A stretch of DNA of 53,970 bases, taken from positions 1 to 53,970 of the forward strand of contig JARXKK010000005.1 of the NCBI GenBank assembly GCA_030278895.1, given 5' to 3'. The notes beneath the pieces were generated by a model. The model worked only from the letters and a program-made list of their open reading frames with translations. It was not told the origin of the DNA and searched no databases. This document shows positions 34,326 through 44,159 of this stretch, one piece after another. The stretch's first letter is position 1, and the number at the start of each line of letters is the position of its first letter. A program made the translations under genes and the position numbers. This DNA comes from Acidobacteriota bacterium (GTDB lineage: Bacteria > Acidobacteriota > Thermoanaerobaculia > UBA5066).

Positions 34326-35006
34326 ATGGATATGAGTGTTGGAGGCCTCTGGACCTCGATGGGCCCTATGGCCAAGGGCATTTTCATCATTCTCTGCATC
34401 CTCTCGGTCTACTCTCTGGCCGTTTCGGTCGAGCGTTGGATGACGTTCCAGAAAGCGAAGCAGCAGTCCGTCAAGTTCGCCCTCGAGGTCGGCCAGTACC
34501 TCAAGCAGGACAAGCTGAAGGAAGCCATCGACCTCGCCAAGAAGTACAAGCACAGCCACGTGGCGAAGGTGCTCTCGGCCGGGCTCCTCGAATTCGCGTA
34601 CGAGGCGCACGGATCTGCCGCACAGGGGCACGACACGGTGGCCGCGGCCGAGCGGGCGATCGAGCGCGCGTCCATGATGACCACCGCGGACCTGAAGAAG
34701 GGCCTCGGCGGCCTCGCCACGATCGCGACGACCGCGCCGTTCATCGGCCTCCTCGGAACGGTCATCGGCATCATCAACGCCTTCCGCGGCATGGCGGCCT
34801 CGGGCGCCGGCGGCCTCGGAACGGTGTCGGCCGGTATCTCCGAGGCGCTCGTCACGACGGCCCTCGGCCTCTTCGTCGCCATTCCGGCCGTCTGGCTCTA
34901 CAACCTGTTCCTGAACAAGATCGAGCGCTTCCAGGTCGAGATGTCGAACTCGGCGTCCGAGCTGGTCGACTACTTCATGAAGCGCCAGGCCGCGAAATCG
35001 GCGTAA
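34326..35006 (+). CDS. ExbB/TolQ/MotA proton channel subunit
   Basis: LATIATTAPFIGLLGTVIGIINAF, GISEALVTTALGLFVAIPA. Confidence 0.93.
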   Translation: MDMSVGGLWTSMGPMAKGIFIILCILSVYSLAVSVERWMTFQKAKQQSVKFALEVGQYLKQDKLKEAIDLAKKYKHSHVAKVLSAGLLEFAYEAHGSAAQGHDTVAAAERAIERASMMTTADLKKGLGGLATIATTAPFIGLLGTVIGIINAFRGMAASGAGGLGTVSAGISEALVTTALGLFVAIPAVWLYNLFLNKIERFQVEMSNSASELVDYFMKRQAAKSA

Positions 35007-35039
35007 GGACGCGACCGGGAATCCCAGGAGGACGTTTCG

Positions 35040-35459
35040 ATGGGAATGGATAGCTTCGGCGGGCGGCAGGACATGAAGAGCGACATCAACGTGACGCCGC
35101 TCGTCGACGTGTGCCTCGTCCTCCTCATCATCTTCATGGTCGTGACCCCGATGCTCCAGAAGGGCAAGGCGGTCATGCTTCCGCAGACCGAGCGGCCCGA
35201 CAAGAAGCCCGAATCCGACAAGGAGCTTCTCATCTCGGTGCAGGCCGACAAGACCATCTTCATCGACACGAAGTGGTTCCCGGACAAGGAATTTGCCGCG
35301 AAGATGAAGGAGATGGGCGAGCGCTCCTCGAACAAGGACGTGCTCATCAAGGCCGACCAGCGCCTGACCTTCGGTGACGTCAAGCACGTCATGGGAATGA
35401 TCAAGGACGCCGGATTCGAGCACGTGGGACTCATCACCGAGAAGAAGGCCGAGAAGTAG
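35040..35459 (+). CDS. ExbD/TolR family protein
   Basis: DINVTPLVDVCLVLLIIFMV. Confidence 0.92.
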   Translation: MGMDSFGGRQDMKSDINVTPLVDVCLVLLIIFMVVTPMLQKGKAVMLPQTERPDKKPESDKELLISVQADKTIFIDTKWFPDKEFAAKMKEMGERSSNKDVLIKADQRLTFGDVKHVMGMIKDAGFEHVGLITEKKAEK

Positions 35460-35484
35460 TAAGGCAGAGCCAAGGAGTCAGATC

Positions 35485-35934
35485 ATGGGCATGGACCTCG
35501 GAGGACACGGCGGACCCAAGTCGGAGATCAACGTTACTCCGCTCGTGGACGTCGTCCTCGTGCTTCTCATCATCTTCATGGTCGTCCAGCCGCTGCTCCA
35601 GCGCGGCTACGAGGTGCAGGTTCCCCCGAACGCGCCTCCGCAGCAGCCCAACACGCCGCCCCCGACCGACCAGATCATCGTGTCGCTCACGGCGAACAAG
35701 GAGTACTTCCTGAACAAGGAGAAGGTGGAGCCCGCGAACATCGCGATCCGCCTCCAGGAAGTTCTCCGCAACCGGAGCTCGAAAGTCGTCTTCTTCTCGG
35801 CCGAAGACACCGTCAAGTACGACGACGCGATGAAGCTGATGGACATCGTCCGCAACAGCGGAAGCGGCGACAAGAAGGTCAACATCGGCATCGTCATGGA
35901 CTGGGTCAACCCGTCCGCGGCCGCGATCCCCTGA
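35485..35934 (+). CDS. ExbD/TolR family protein (second copy)
   Basis: EINVTPLVDVVLVLLIIFMV. Confidence 0.92.
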   Translation: MGMDLGGHGGPKSEINVTPLVDVVLVLLIIFMVVQPLLQRGYEVQVPPNAPPQQPNTPPPTDQIIVSLTANKEYFLNKEKVEPANIAIRLQEVLRNRSSKVVFFSAEDTVKYDDAMKLMDIVRNSGSGDKKVNIGIVMDWVNPSAAAIP

Positions 35935-35967
35935 CCTTGACTCCTGGAACCTCCGCGCGACCCTCCG

Positions 35968-36001
35968 ACGTCCCCGGCTCCGCCGGGGACGTGGGTTTTT
36001 T
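35968..36001 (+). terminator. Rho-independent terminator
   Basis: Stem ACGTCCCCGGC / GCCGGGGACGT followed by GGGTTTTTT. Confidence 0.8.
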
Positions 36002-36019
36002 GAAAGGACGATCACCGCG

Positions 36020-38452
36020 ATGACGACTCCTCCGCCCCCGGCCCCCCCCGCATCCTTCGGGCCGCGGTTCGCCTCGGCCGCTCTTCTCCTCGTGGCGCTC
36101 TTCGGCGCCACCACCGTTCGCGCCGACGAATCCGATCTCGTCCTGCCGGACCTCGCCTCCGTCATGTTCCTCGGAATGACGGGGAGAGCCCTCCTCATGC
36201 TCGGACTCGTCGTGTGCGCCCTCGGACTCGTCTTCGGGCTCGTCATGTACGGGAAGTTGAAGAACCTGCCCGTCCACCGGGCCATGCGCGAGGTCTCCGA
36301 GCTCATCTACGAGACCTGCAAGACGTATCTCGTCACGCAGGGCAAGTTCATCCTCGTCCTCGAGCTCTTCATCGGATCGATTCTGGTCGTCTACTTCGGC
36401 GGCCTTCGGCACATGGAGCCGCTGAAAGTCGTCGTGATCCTGATCGCGAGCCTCGTGGGCATCGCGGGCAGCTATGGCGTCGCCTGGTTCGGCATTCGCA
36501 TCAACACCTTCGCGAACTCCCGCACGGCTTTCGCGAGCCTGAGGGGCAAGCCCTTCCCCTGCTATTCGATCCCCCTGGCCGCCGGCATGTCCATCGGCAC
36601 GATGCTGATTTCGACCGAGCTCGTCCTCATGCTCGGCATCCTCCTCTTCATCCCGAGCCATCTCGCGGGCCCCTGCTTCATCGGCTTCGCAATCGGCGAG
36701 TCCCTCGGCGCTTCGGCGCTCCGCATCGCCGGCGGCATTTTCACGAAGATCGCCGACATCGGATCCGACCTCATGAAGATCGTCTTCAAGATCAAGGAAG
36801 ACGACGCGCGCAACCCCGGCGTCATCGCGGACTGCACGGGCGACAACGCGGGCGACTCCGTGGGCCCGACGGCCGACGGATTCGAGACCTACGGCGTCAC
36901 GGGCGTCGCGCTCATCTCGTTCATCCTCCTCGCGGTCCCCGAGACCGCCACGCAGGTCAAGCTCCTCGTGTGGCTGTTCGCGATGCGAATCATGATGATC
37001 GTCGCGAGCGTGGCGTCCTACTGGATCAACGACGCGATCGCGAAGGCGAAGTACGCGAACGCCGACAAGATGAACTTCGAGGCGCCGCTGACCTCCCTCG
37101 TCTGGATCACGTCGCTCGTGTCCGTCGCGATCACGTTCGTCGTCTCGTACCTCCTGATCCCCGAGCTCGGGGACGGCACGCTCTGGTGGAAGCTCGGGAT
37201 CATCATCACGTGCGGCACGCTCGCCGGCGCCATCATCCCGGAGCTCGTGAAGGTGTTCACGTCCACCGAATCCCGGCACGTGCGCGAGGTCGTCACGGCC
37301 TCCCGCGAAGGGGGCGCGTCCCTGAACGTCCTCTCAGGCCTCACGGCCGGAAACTTCTCGGCTTACTGGATGGGCCTCGCCATCGTCGTCCTCATGGGCA
37401 TCGGATACCTCGTCTCGACGGCCTTCCCGTCCGGAATCATGATCGCCCCCGCGACGTTCGCGTTCGGTCTCGTCGCGTTCGGGTTCCTCGGCATGGGCCC
37501 GGTGACGATCGCGGTCGACTCGTACGGCCCCGTGACCGACAACGCCCAGTCCGTCTACGAGCTTTCGCTCATCGAGAGCGTCCCGAACGTCAAGGCCGAG
37601 GTCAAGAAGGACTTCGGCTTCGACCTCAACTTCGAGAAAGCCAAGCATTTTCTCGAGGAGAACGACGGCGCCGGGAACACGTTCAAGGCCACGGCGAAGC
37701 CGGTCCTCATCGGGACGGCGGTCGTCGGCGCCACGACGATGATCTTCTCCATCATCGTCATCCTGACGCATGGGCTCAAGAGCGACATCGACAAGCTGTC
37801 GATCCTCCACTCGCCCTTCCTCCTCGGGCTCGTCACCGGCGGCGCGATCATCTACTGGTTCACGGGCGCCTCCACGCAGGCCGTCTCGACCGGCGCCTAC
37901 CGCGCCGTCGAGTTCATCAAGAAGAACATCAAGCTCGACGCCAGCGTCGAGAAGGCCTCGGTCGAGGACAGCAAGGCGGTCGTCGCGATCTGCACGAAGT
38001 ACGCGCAGAAGGGCATGTTCAACATCTTCATGGTCGTCTTCTTCTCGACCCTCGCGTTCGCCTGCCTCGAGCCCTTCTTCTTCATCGGCTATCTCATTTC
38101 CATCGCGGTGTTCGGCCTTTACCAGGCCATCTTCATGGCGAATGCGGGCGGCGCCTGGGACAATGCGAAGAAGCTCGTCGAAGTGGAGCTCAAGGAAAAG
38201 GGCACGCCGCTCCACGACGCCTGCGTCGTCGGCGACACGGTGGGCGACCCCTTCAAGGACACATCGTCCGTCGCCATGAACCCGATCATCAAGTTCACGA
38301 CTCTCTTCGGCCTTCTCGCCGTGGAGCTCGCGATCGGGCTGTCGCGCTCGACGAGCCTGGCGCTCGCCCTCGTGTTCTTCGCCGTGTCCGTCGTCTTCGT
38401 GTATCGCTCCTTCTACGGGATGAGGATCGAAACGTCTCCGACGGCGGCGTGA
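36020..38452 (+). CDS. hppA: Membrane-bound proton-translocating pyrophosphatase
   Basis: GGIFTKIADIGSDL, EDDARNPGVIADCTGDNAGD, GPVTDNA, GNTFKA, NAGGAWDNAKK, GDTVGDPFKDT. Confidence 0.95.
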   Translation: MTTPPPPAPPASFGPRFASAALLLVALFGATTVRADESDLVLPDLASVMFLGMTGRALLMLGLVVCALGLVFGLVMYGKLKNLPVHRAMREVSELIYETCKTYLVTQGKFILVLELFIGSILVVYFGGLRHMEPLKVVVILIASLVGIAGSYGVAWFGIRINTFANSRTAFASLRGKPFPCYSIPLAAGMSIGTMLISTELVLMLGILLFIPSHLAGPCFIGFAIGESLGASALRIAGGIFTKIADIGSDLMKIVFKIKEDDARNPGVIADCTGDNAGDSVGPTADGFETYGVTGVALISFILLAVPETATQVKLLVWLFAMRIMMIVASVASYWINDAIAKAKYANADKMNFEAPLTSLVWITSLVSVAITFVVSYLLIPELGDGTLWWKLGIIITCGTLAGAIIPELVKVFTSTESRHVREVVTASREGGASLNVLSGLTAGNFSAYWMGLAIVVLMGIGYLVSTAFPSGIMIAPATFAFGLVAFGFLGMGPVTIAVDSYGPVTDNAQSVYELSLIESVPNVKAEVKKDFGFDLNFEKAKHFLEENDGAGNTFKATAKPVLIGTAVVGATTMIFSIIVILTHGLKSDIDKLSILHSPFLLGLVTGGAIIYWFTGASTQAVSTGAYRAVEFIKKNIKLDASVEKASVEDSKAVVAICTKYAQKGMFNIFMVVFFSTLAFACLEPFFFIGYLISIAVFGLYQAIFMANAGGAWDNAKKLVEVELKEKGTPLHDACVVGDTVGDPFKDTSSVAMNPIIKFTTLFGLLAVELAIGLSRSTSLALALVFFAVSVVFVYRSFYGMRIETSPTAA

Positions 38453-38498
38453 GGCCCACCCGATACAATCCGGCCACGCGCGCGCACAAGGAGGACGG

Positions 38499-39911
38499 AT
38501 GGGCACGATAACGAAGTCCGGGAGCACGCAGCCCGCGTTTCCGAAAACGCTCCCGCGACGGCTCGGCCTCTTCGACGCGACCACGATCGTCGCGGGCTCG
38601 ATGATCGGGTCGGGCATCTTCATCACCTCGGCCGACATCACGCGGCAGGTCAAGAGCGCGACTCTTCTCGTCCTCGTGTGGGTCTTTACGGCGCTCGTCA
38701 CGGTGGCCGGCGCGTGGAGCTACGGCAAGCTTGCGATGGCCTTCCCGAAGGCGGGCGGACAGTACGTCTATCTCCGCGAGGCCTGGGGCGACATGGGCGG
38801 GTTCCTCTTCGGATGGGCGATGCTCCTCGTGATCCAGACCGGCACCATCGCGGCCGTAGCCGTCGCATTCGCGAAGTATCTCGGCGTCCTCATCCCGGCC
38901 ATTTCGTCGAAACACGTGTTCTTCAAGGCGAAGTTCCTCAGCGTCACTCCGCTCGAGATCGTGGCGATCCTCCTGATCGCGCTCCTCACGTGGTGGAACA
39001 CGACGAGCGTCGAGAACGGCGCCCGCCTTCAGAACGTTTTCACGACGGCCAAGGTTCTCTCCCTCGTCGGTCTGCTCTCCGTGTGTTTCCTCGCCGGCGG
39101 CCAGCTCGGAAACGTCTCGTGGGCTCTGCCCGCCGCCGGGGACCTCAAGATTCCTCTCCTGTGGGCGTTCGCGGTGGCGACCGTGGGCTCGCTCTTTTCG
39201 GCCGACGCGTGGAACAACGTGACGTTCCTCGGAGAGGAGGTCCGCGACGCCGAAAGGAACGTCCCGAAGGCCCTCGTTTACGGGACCGGCCTCGTGACGC
39301 TGCTTTACGTCCTCGCGAACATCGGCTACCTCAACGCCCTTCCCCTCTCGGGGATCGCCGGCGCCCCCGAAGACCGTGTCGCGACAGCGGCCATCGGCGC
39401 CGTCGCGGGGTCGGCAGAGGCGGGCACGCCGGCCATCATCATGGCCTGCATCATTCTCGTGTCGACGTTTGGCTGCCTGAACGGGCTCATCCTTTCCGGC
39501 TCACGCGTCCTCTACGCGATGTCGCGCGACGGCCTCTTCCTTCCCGCCTTTCAGGAGCTGGCTCCCCGGACGATGATTCCCGTCAACGCCCTCGTGGCGC
39601 AGTTCCTCTGGTCGGCCGTGCTCTGCCTCTCCGGCACGTACGGCGACCTCCTCGACTACGTCATTACGACGGTTCTCATCTTCTACATCGCCACGATCGT
39701 CGGCCGGTGGAAGCTCGCGCGCACGATCCCCGCGCTCGCGCCGAAGTCCTTCCTCGACCGCGTGGTGCCCGTGCTCTACGTCGTCGCGACGGGCTACGTC
39801 ACAATCGCCCTCGCGATCTACAAGCCCACCTACACCGTCCCCGGGCTCGTCATCGTCGCCCTCGGTGTCCCCGCGTTCTACTTGTTCCGGAGGAAGACGG
39901 TGGCTTCCTAG
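38499..39911 (+). CDS. APC family amino acid permease
   Basis: GSMIGSGIF, PKAGGQYVYL, AWNNVTFLGEE, SRVLYAMSRDGLF; about 12 TM segments. Confidence 0.92.
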   Translation: MGTITKSGSTQPAFPKTLPRRLGLFDATTIVAGSMIGSGIFITSADITRQVKSATLLVLVWVFTALVTVAGAWSYGKLAMAFPKAGGQYVYLREAWGDMGGFLFGWAMLLVIQTGTIAAVAVAFAKYLGVLIPAISSKHVFFKAKFLSVTPLEIVAILLIALLTWWNTTSVENGARLQNVFTTAKVLSLVGLLSVCFLAGGQLGNVSWALPAAGDLKIPLLWAFAVATVGSLFSADAWNNVTFLGEEVRDAERNVPKALVYGTGLVTLLYVLANIGYLNALPLSGIAGAPEDRVATAAIGAVAGSAEAGTPAIIMACIILVSTFGCLNGLILSGSRVLYAMSRDGLFLPAFQELAPRTMIPVNALVAQFLWSAVLCLSGTYGDLLDYVITTVLIFYIATIVGRWKLARTIPALAPKSFLDRVVPVLYVVATGYVTIALAIYKPTYTVPGLVIVALGVPAFYLFRRKTVAS

Positions 39912-41050
39912 ACGAGGAGAGAAAAGACCTCGTTCGACAGGAGAACGCCGCGGCGCGTGAGGCGCACGCGGTCGGATTCTTCTTCGAGCAGTCCGGCAAG
40001 GAATGCGTCGTTCATGCGGGCGATGGAGTCGGGAGAGAGAGATTTTCGGATTTCTTCGAAAGTGGAAGAGGGGACGCCGCCCGACAGGCGCAGGCCCAGC
40101 ATCAGCCCCTCTTTCCTTCCAAGAAAATCCTCCTGGGGCTTTTCGGACGTTGCGACCGTCGATTCGCCCGCACGCGTGCGCCTCAGGTATTCGGTCAGCA
40201 TCCCCGTATTCGCCGTCCGGATTCTTCCGTCGAACGAATGCGCGCCGACCCCGAAGCCCAGTACAGGCGTCATCTGCCAGTACTTGAGGTTGTGGCGGCT
40301 CTCGAATCCCGGCCGCGCCCAGTTCGAGAGCTCGTAGCGCGGAAGACCCGCCGCCGTCAACCGATCGTCCACGGCCTCCCACAGGTCCGCCATCTCGTCG
40401 TCGTCCGGGAACAGCTCCGGCCGCTCCTTCTTCAGGGAAACGAGCCGCGGGGCCTTTTCCAACTCCAGGAGGTACACCGAAAGGTGGGAGATTCCACACG
40501 ACACGAGCCCGTCGACGCTTCCAAGAAGGCTCTCGAGCGTCTGGCCCGGGATGCCGATCATGAGGTCGGCCGAGACGTTTCCGAAGGTCCGGACGGCGGC
40601 CGTGACGGCGCGGCGCGCGGCCGCGGCGTCGTGGCGGCGCTCCAGCGGCACGAGCTCGGCGTCCACGAGGGACTGCACGCCGACGGATAGGCGATTGACG
40701 CCGATGTCGCGGAGCGCGGCCAGTTTCGAGGCGTCGATATCGTCGGGATTCGCTTCGGCCGTAATCTCCACATTCGAAGAAACTCCGAATATTTCTTCGA
40801 GTGAAGAGAGCACGCCGCCAAGCCTGCGCGCGTCGACGTAGCTGGGCGTTCCCCCTCCGAAGTAGACGGTGTCGAAGTCGAGCAGAGCGCCCGTCGCTTC
40901 CGTCCCCCTCGAGCGAATCTCCCTCTCTAACCCCTCAAAGAAATCTTCTTCCTCTCCTCTCCCCTCCAAAGCAATGAAAGAGCAATACGTGCACCTATGC
41001 GCGCAGAAGGGCACGTGAACGTACGCGCCCGGGGCCCGGGATTCGTTCAC
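39908..41050 (-). CDS. hemW: Radical SAM heme chaperone HemW (HemN-like)
   Basis: YVHVPFCAHRCTYCSF, YFGGGTPS, EANP, RLSVGVQS, YELSNWA...SRHNLKYW. Confidence 0.92.
   Translation of the reverse strand: MNESRAPGAYVHVPFCAHRCTYCSFIALEGRGEEEDFFEGLEREIRSRGTEATGALLDFDTVYFGGGTPSYVDARRLGGVLSSLEEIFGVSSNVEITAEANPDDIDASKLAALRDIGVNRLSVGVQSLVDAELVPLERRHDAAAARRAVTAAVRTFGNVSADLMIGIPGQTLESLLGSVDGLVSCGISHLSVYLLELEKAPRLVSLKKERPELFPDDDEMADLWEAVDDRLTAAGLPRYELSNWARPGFESRHNLKYWQMTPVLGFGVGAHSFDGRIRTANTGMLTEYLRRTRAGESTVATSEKPQEDFLGRKEGLMLGLRLSGGVPSSTFEEIRKSLSPDSIARMNDAFLAGLLEEESDRVRLTRRGVLLSNEVFSLLV
39974..40133. repeat. Convergent motif pair plus an extra copy inside hemW (3' part)
   Basis: GGATTCTTCTTCGAG 39974-39988; GATTTCTTCGAAAG 40049-40062; reverse CCTTCCAAGAAAATCCTCC 40115-40133. 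Confidence 0.5.
40787..40967. repeat. Convergent motif pair inside hemW (5' part)
   Basis: GAATATTTCTTCGAG from 40787; reverse CCCTCAAAGAAATCTTCTTCCTCTCCTCTCCCCTCC 40932-40967. Confidence 0.55.
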
Positions 41051-41706
41051 GCGCCGTTCGTCAGGAGCTGCTTGAGCCGCTCGTCCCGCCCTTCGGCATC
41101 GGCGTCCCCGAGCCGCGCCGCGAGGAGCCGTTCGACGTACTTCCCGAGAATGTCCACTTCGAGGTTCACGAGGTCCCCCGGCTTGCGCTCGCCGAGCGTG
41201 GTCGCCGTGAACGTATGCGGGATGACCGCCACGTCGAAACTTTCCTCGCCGAGCGCCGCGATCGTGAGAGAAATTCCGTCCACCGAAATCGAGCCTTTTT
41301 CGACCGCGTACCGCGCCAGGGCTCCCGGCAGCGCGAACGTGAACGTCCACGAGTCGCCCGCCTTCGCAACGGCGAGTACCCGTGCGGTTCCGTCCACGTG
41401 GCCGGCCACGACGTGGCCGCCGAGCCGGTCTGAAGCCCGGAGCGCGCGTTCGAGGTTCACGCCCGAGCCCGGAGACAGGCCTCCCAGGGCCGAGCGCGAG
41501 AGAGTCTCCGGCGAGACGTCGAAGCAGAGAGGCTGACCGAGTCCCGCCTGCGGCACGACCGTCAGACACACTCCGGAAACGGCGATGCTCTCCCCCACGG
41601 ACACATCCCCGAATTCCGGCGGACGCTCGACGGCAAGCACGGCGCCGGCCGCCCCGGACCGGAGCGACACGACGCGGGAGACGGCGGCGACCAGGCCGGT
41701 GAACAT
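41047..41706 (-). CDS. ribE: Riboflavin synthase alpha chain
   Basis: MFTGLV, GESIAVSGVCLT, VNLERAL...RLGGHVVAGHVDG, KGSISVDGISLT. Confidence 0.95.
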   Translation of the reverse strand: MFTGLVAAVSRVVSLRSGAAGAVLAVERPPEFGDVSVGESIAVSGVCLTVVPQAGLGQPLCFDVSPETLSRSALGGLSPGSGVNLERALRASDRLGGHVVAGHVDGTARVLAVAKAGDSWTFTFALPGALARYAVEKGSISVDGISLTIAALGEESFDVAVIPHTFTATTLGERKPGDLVNLEVDILGKYVERLLAARLGDADAEGRDERLKQLLTNGA

Positions 41707-41715
41707 GCCGCGATC

Positions 41716-42849
41716 CTACCCGACGACGGGCGCGAGGAGCCGTCCCGAGACCCTGAGGTCGGCTCCGATACGGACGGCTTCGAGATCCCCCAGCCGGTGC
41801 GCGTCGGCGAGCGACGCCGGTCCTGTGCCGGCGAGCGGCGAATGCGCCGAGGCGCCTCCGACGAGCAGCGGCGCGACGTAGGCGGTCACCCTGTCCACGA
41901 GGCCCGCGGAAAGGAATGACGCGGCGGTCACGCCACCGCCCTCGACCAGCAGGGACCGCACCTCGAGGGCATGAAGAGCCCCGAGAAGAGCCGCGAGGTC
42001 GACGCTTCCCGCGCCTCCACCCGGGGCCGGCCCGGAGAAGACATGAACGCCCCTCTCGAGGAACGGCGCGAGCCGCGGATCGCCGGCCGGCACCGCCGTC
42101 ACGAGCCAGACCTCGCCTCCGGCCGCGGAGAACACCCGGGCCGTGGCCGGAACGCGGAGCGCGCCGTCCAGGACGAGCCGCCGATGCGGCGTGATGGCCG
42201 AGGAGAGAGCCAGGCGGCGGGTCAGGAGCGGGTCGTCCGTGAGGACGGTCCCGGCGCCGACGAGGATCGCGTCACACTCCTCGCGCAGGAGGAGAGCGTC
42301 GTTCCGGGCCGCTTCGCCCGTGATCCACTTCGACTCTCCCGTCCGCGTCGCGATGCGCCCGTCCAGCGACGCGGCCCACTTGACGTGGACGAAAGGACGC
42401 CGGTCGCGAATGGACTTCAGGAACGCCTCGTTCAGCGTCTCGGCCTCGTCCGCGAGCGCGCCGACCAGCACCTCGATGCCGCGCTCCCTGAGCCGGCGAA
42501 TGCCGCGTCCCGCGGTCCGTGGGTCCGGATCCTCCGTCGAGCACACGACGCGCGACACGCCGGCCGCGATGAGCGCCTCCGAGCAGGGAGGGGTGCGCCC
42601 GAAATGGGAGCACGGCTCGAGGTTGACGAGCAGCGTCGCCCCTTTCGCGCGCGCACCGGCCGCCGCGAGAGCGACGGCTTCGGCGTGCGGCCCCCCGGCG
42701 TGCGCGTGCGCTCCCTCCCCGACCACCCGGCCGGCCGCGTCCACGAGCACCGCCCCGACCCGCGGGTTCGGCGCGGTCGAAAAGCGTCCCCGGCCGGCGA
42801 GCTCGAAGACCCGGCGCCACAGGACGTCGAGCGGGGCGCCTTCAGTCAT
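41716..42849 (-). CDS. ribD: Riboflavin biosynthesis deaminase/reductase RibD
   Basis: PNPRVGA, HAE, LEPCSHFGRTPPC, ASLDG, LLVEGG. Confidence 0.95.
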   Translation of the reverse strand: MTEGAPLDVLWRRVFELAGRGRFSTAPNPRVGAVLVDAAGRVVGEGAHAHAGGPHAEAVALAAAGARAKGATLLVNLEPCSHFGRTPPCSEALIAAGVSRVVCSTEDPDPRTAGRGIRRLRERGIEVLVGALADEAETLNEAFLKSIRDRRPFVHVKWAASLDGRIATRTGESKWITGEAARNDALLLREECDAILVGAGTVLTDDPLLTRRLALSSAITPHRRLVLDGALRVPATARVFSAAGGEVWLVTAVPAGDPRLAPFLERGVHVFSGPAPGGGAGSVDLAALLGALHALEVRSLLVEGGGVTAASFLSAGLVDRVTAYVAPLLVGGASAHSPLAGTGPASLADAHRLGDLEAVRIGADLRVSGRLLAPVVG

Positions 42850-43780
42850 CCACGAGCGCTTCCGCGAAGGCAGCCGCGTCGAAGTCCAAAAGGTCGTCGG
42901 CGGTCTCTCCCACGCCCACGTAACGGACCGGCAGCGTCAGCTCGCGCACGATTGCCAGGATCACGCCGCCCTTGGCGGTCCCGTCCATCTTCGTGAGGAC
43001 GAGGCCGGTGACACCCGCGGTCTTCGTGAACTCCCGCGCCTGCGCGATGCCGTTCATTCCCGTCACGGCGTCCAGAACGAGGAGGACCTCGTGCGGCGCG
43101 CCGGGGACGCTCCGGGCGGCGACCCGCCGGATCTTCGAGAGCTCCTCCATGAGGTTGTGCTTCGTGTGGAGCCTTCCGGCGGTGTCCACGAACAGCAAGT
43201 CGGCTTTCCTTGCGAGCGCGATCGCGCAGGCGTCATGGACGACGGCGGCGGGATCGGAGCCCGCCTTGTGCTTCACGAGGGGGATCTGGAGGCGCGTGGC
43301 CCAGACCTCGAGCTGTTCGACAGCCGCCGCGCGGAACGTATCGGCCGCGGCGAGCACGACCGTTTTCCCGGAGGCCGTCGCACGGGCCGCGAGCTTGGCG
43401 GTCGTCGTCGTCTTTCCGGAGCCGTTGACCCCCACCATGAGAATCACGCGGGGAAGGCCCGCCGACCCCGCCACCTCGGGTCCCGTGACGGACAACCGCC
43501 TGGTGATCTCCGCCTTCAGGACGCGCCGCACGACGTCCTGCTCGGCCGCGTCACGGCGCCCGGCCTCCGCCTTCACGGCGGCAACGAGCTCGGCGGCCGT
43601 GGCGGGCCCGACGTCAGCGGCGAGGAGGCCCTCCTCCAGCGCATCGAGCGCCGCGGGATCCGGCTCGAAAGTCGCCTTCACGGCGCTCCCCATCTTCGCG
43701 AGGAGCTCCGTGTGCGTCATGAAGAGCCCGCGCTTCAGGCGGGCAAAGACGGACGGACTCTCGCGCTCGCCGGTGGCCAT
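42842..43780 (-). CDS. ftsY: SRP receptor FtsY
   Basis: GVNGSGKTTT, DTFRAAA, DTAGR, TKMDGTAKGG. Confidence 0.96.
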   Translation of the reverse strand: MATGERESPSVFARLKRGLFMTHTELLAKMGSAVKATFEPDPAALDALEEGLLAADVGPATAAELVAAVKAEAGRRDAAEQDVVRRVLKAEITRRLSVTGPEVAGSAGLPRVILMVGVNGSGKTTTTAKLAARATASGKTVVLAAADTFRAAAVEQLEVWATRLQIPLVKHKAGSDPAAVVHDACAIALARKADLLFVDTAGRLHTKHNLMEELSKIRRVAARSVPGAPHEVLLVLDAVTGMNGIAQAREFTKTAGVTGLVLTKMDGTAKGGVILAIVRELTLPVRYVGVGETADDLLDFDAAAFAEALVDD

Positions 43781-43808
43781 CGGATCCGAGACTAGCAGGA
43801 CCGGTCGA

Positions 43809-44159
43809 TCAGGAGATTTCGGCGGCGAGGCGTACGCGGGCCGCTTCGAGGCGGGGGCGCACCACGTGCAGCTGGCCCGTCGCGTCGAAGACGACGAGGA
43901 CGAAATAGCCCGCCTTGACGTGCGTCGTCAGGATCCGGCGCTTCTCGAACTCGAACGTGAGATCGGCGATCTCGCCGAGGGAGGACCGCTCCGCCGCGCG
44001 CCGCAGCTCCCCCATCCAGACGGACTGATAGGCCCCGAGGACCTCCGTCGCGGCGGCGTCGCCGATCCGCGCGATGATCTCGCCCTGCGAATCGATGAAG
44101 GCGGCCCCGAGGGCGCCCGGCGCGTCGAGGAGGCCTTCGAGGGCATCGGCAAAGCTCAT
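43809..44159 (-). CDS. Roadblock/LC7 domain protein (MglB/MglC-like)
   Basis: 116 aa; PGALGAAFIDSQGEII...GYFVLVVFD pattern of the roadblock fold. Confidence 0.75.
   Translation of the reverse strand: MSFADALEGLLDAPGALGAAFIDSQGEIIARIGDAAATEVLGAYQSVWMGELRRAAERSSLGEIADLTFEFEKRRILTTHVKAGYFVLVVFDATGQLHVVRPRLEAARVRLAAEIS

Noticed and set aside
41707-42860. FMN riboswitch for ribD/ribE
   Set aside because: ribD overlaps the ftsY stop and ribE has a 9-bp gap, leaving no room, and no RFN consensus was seen
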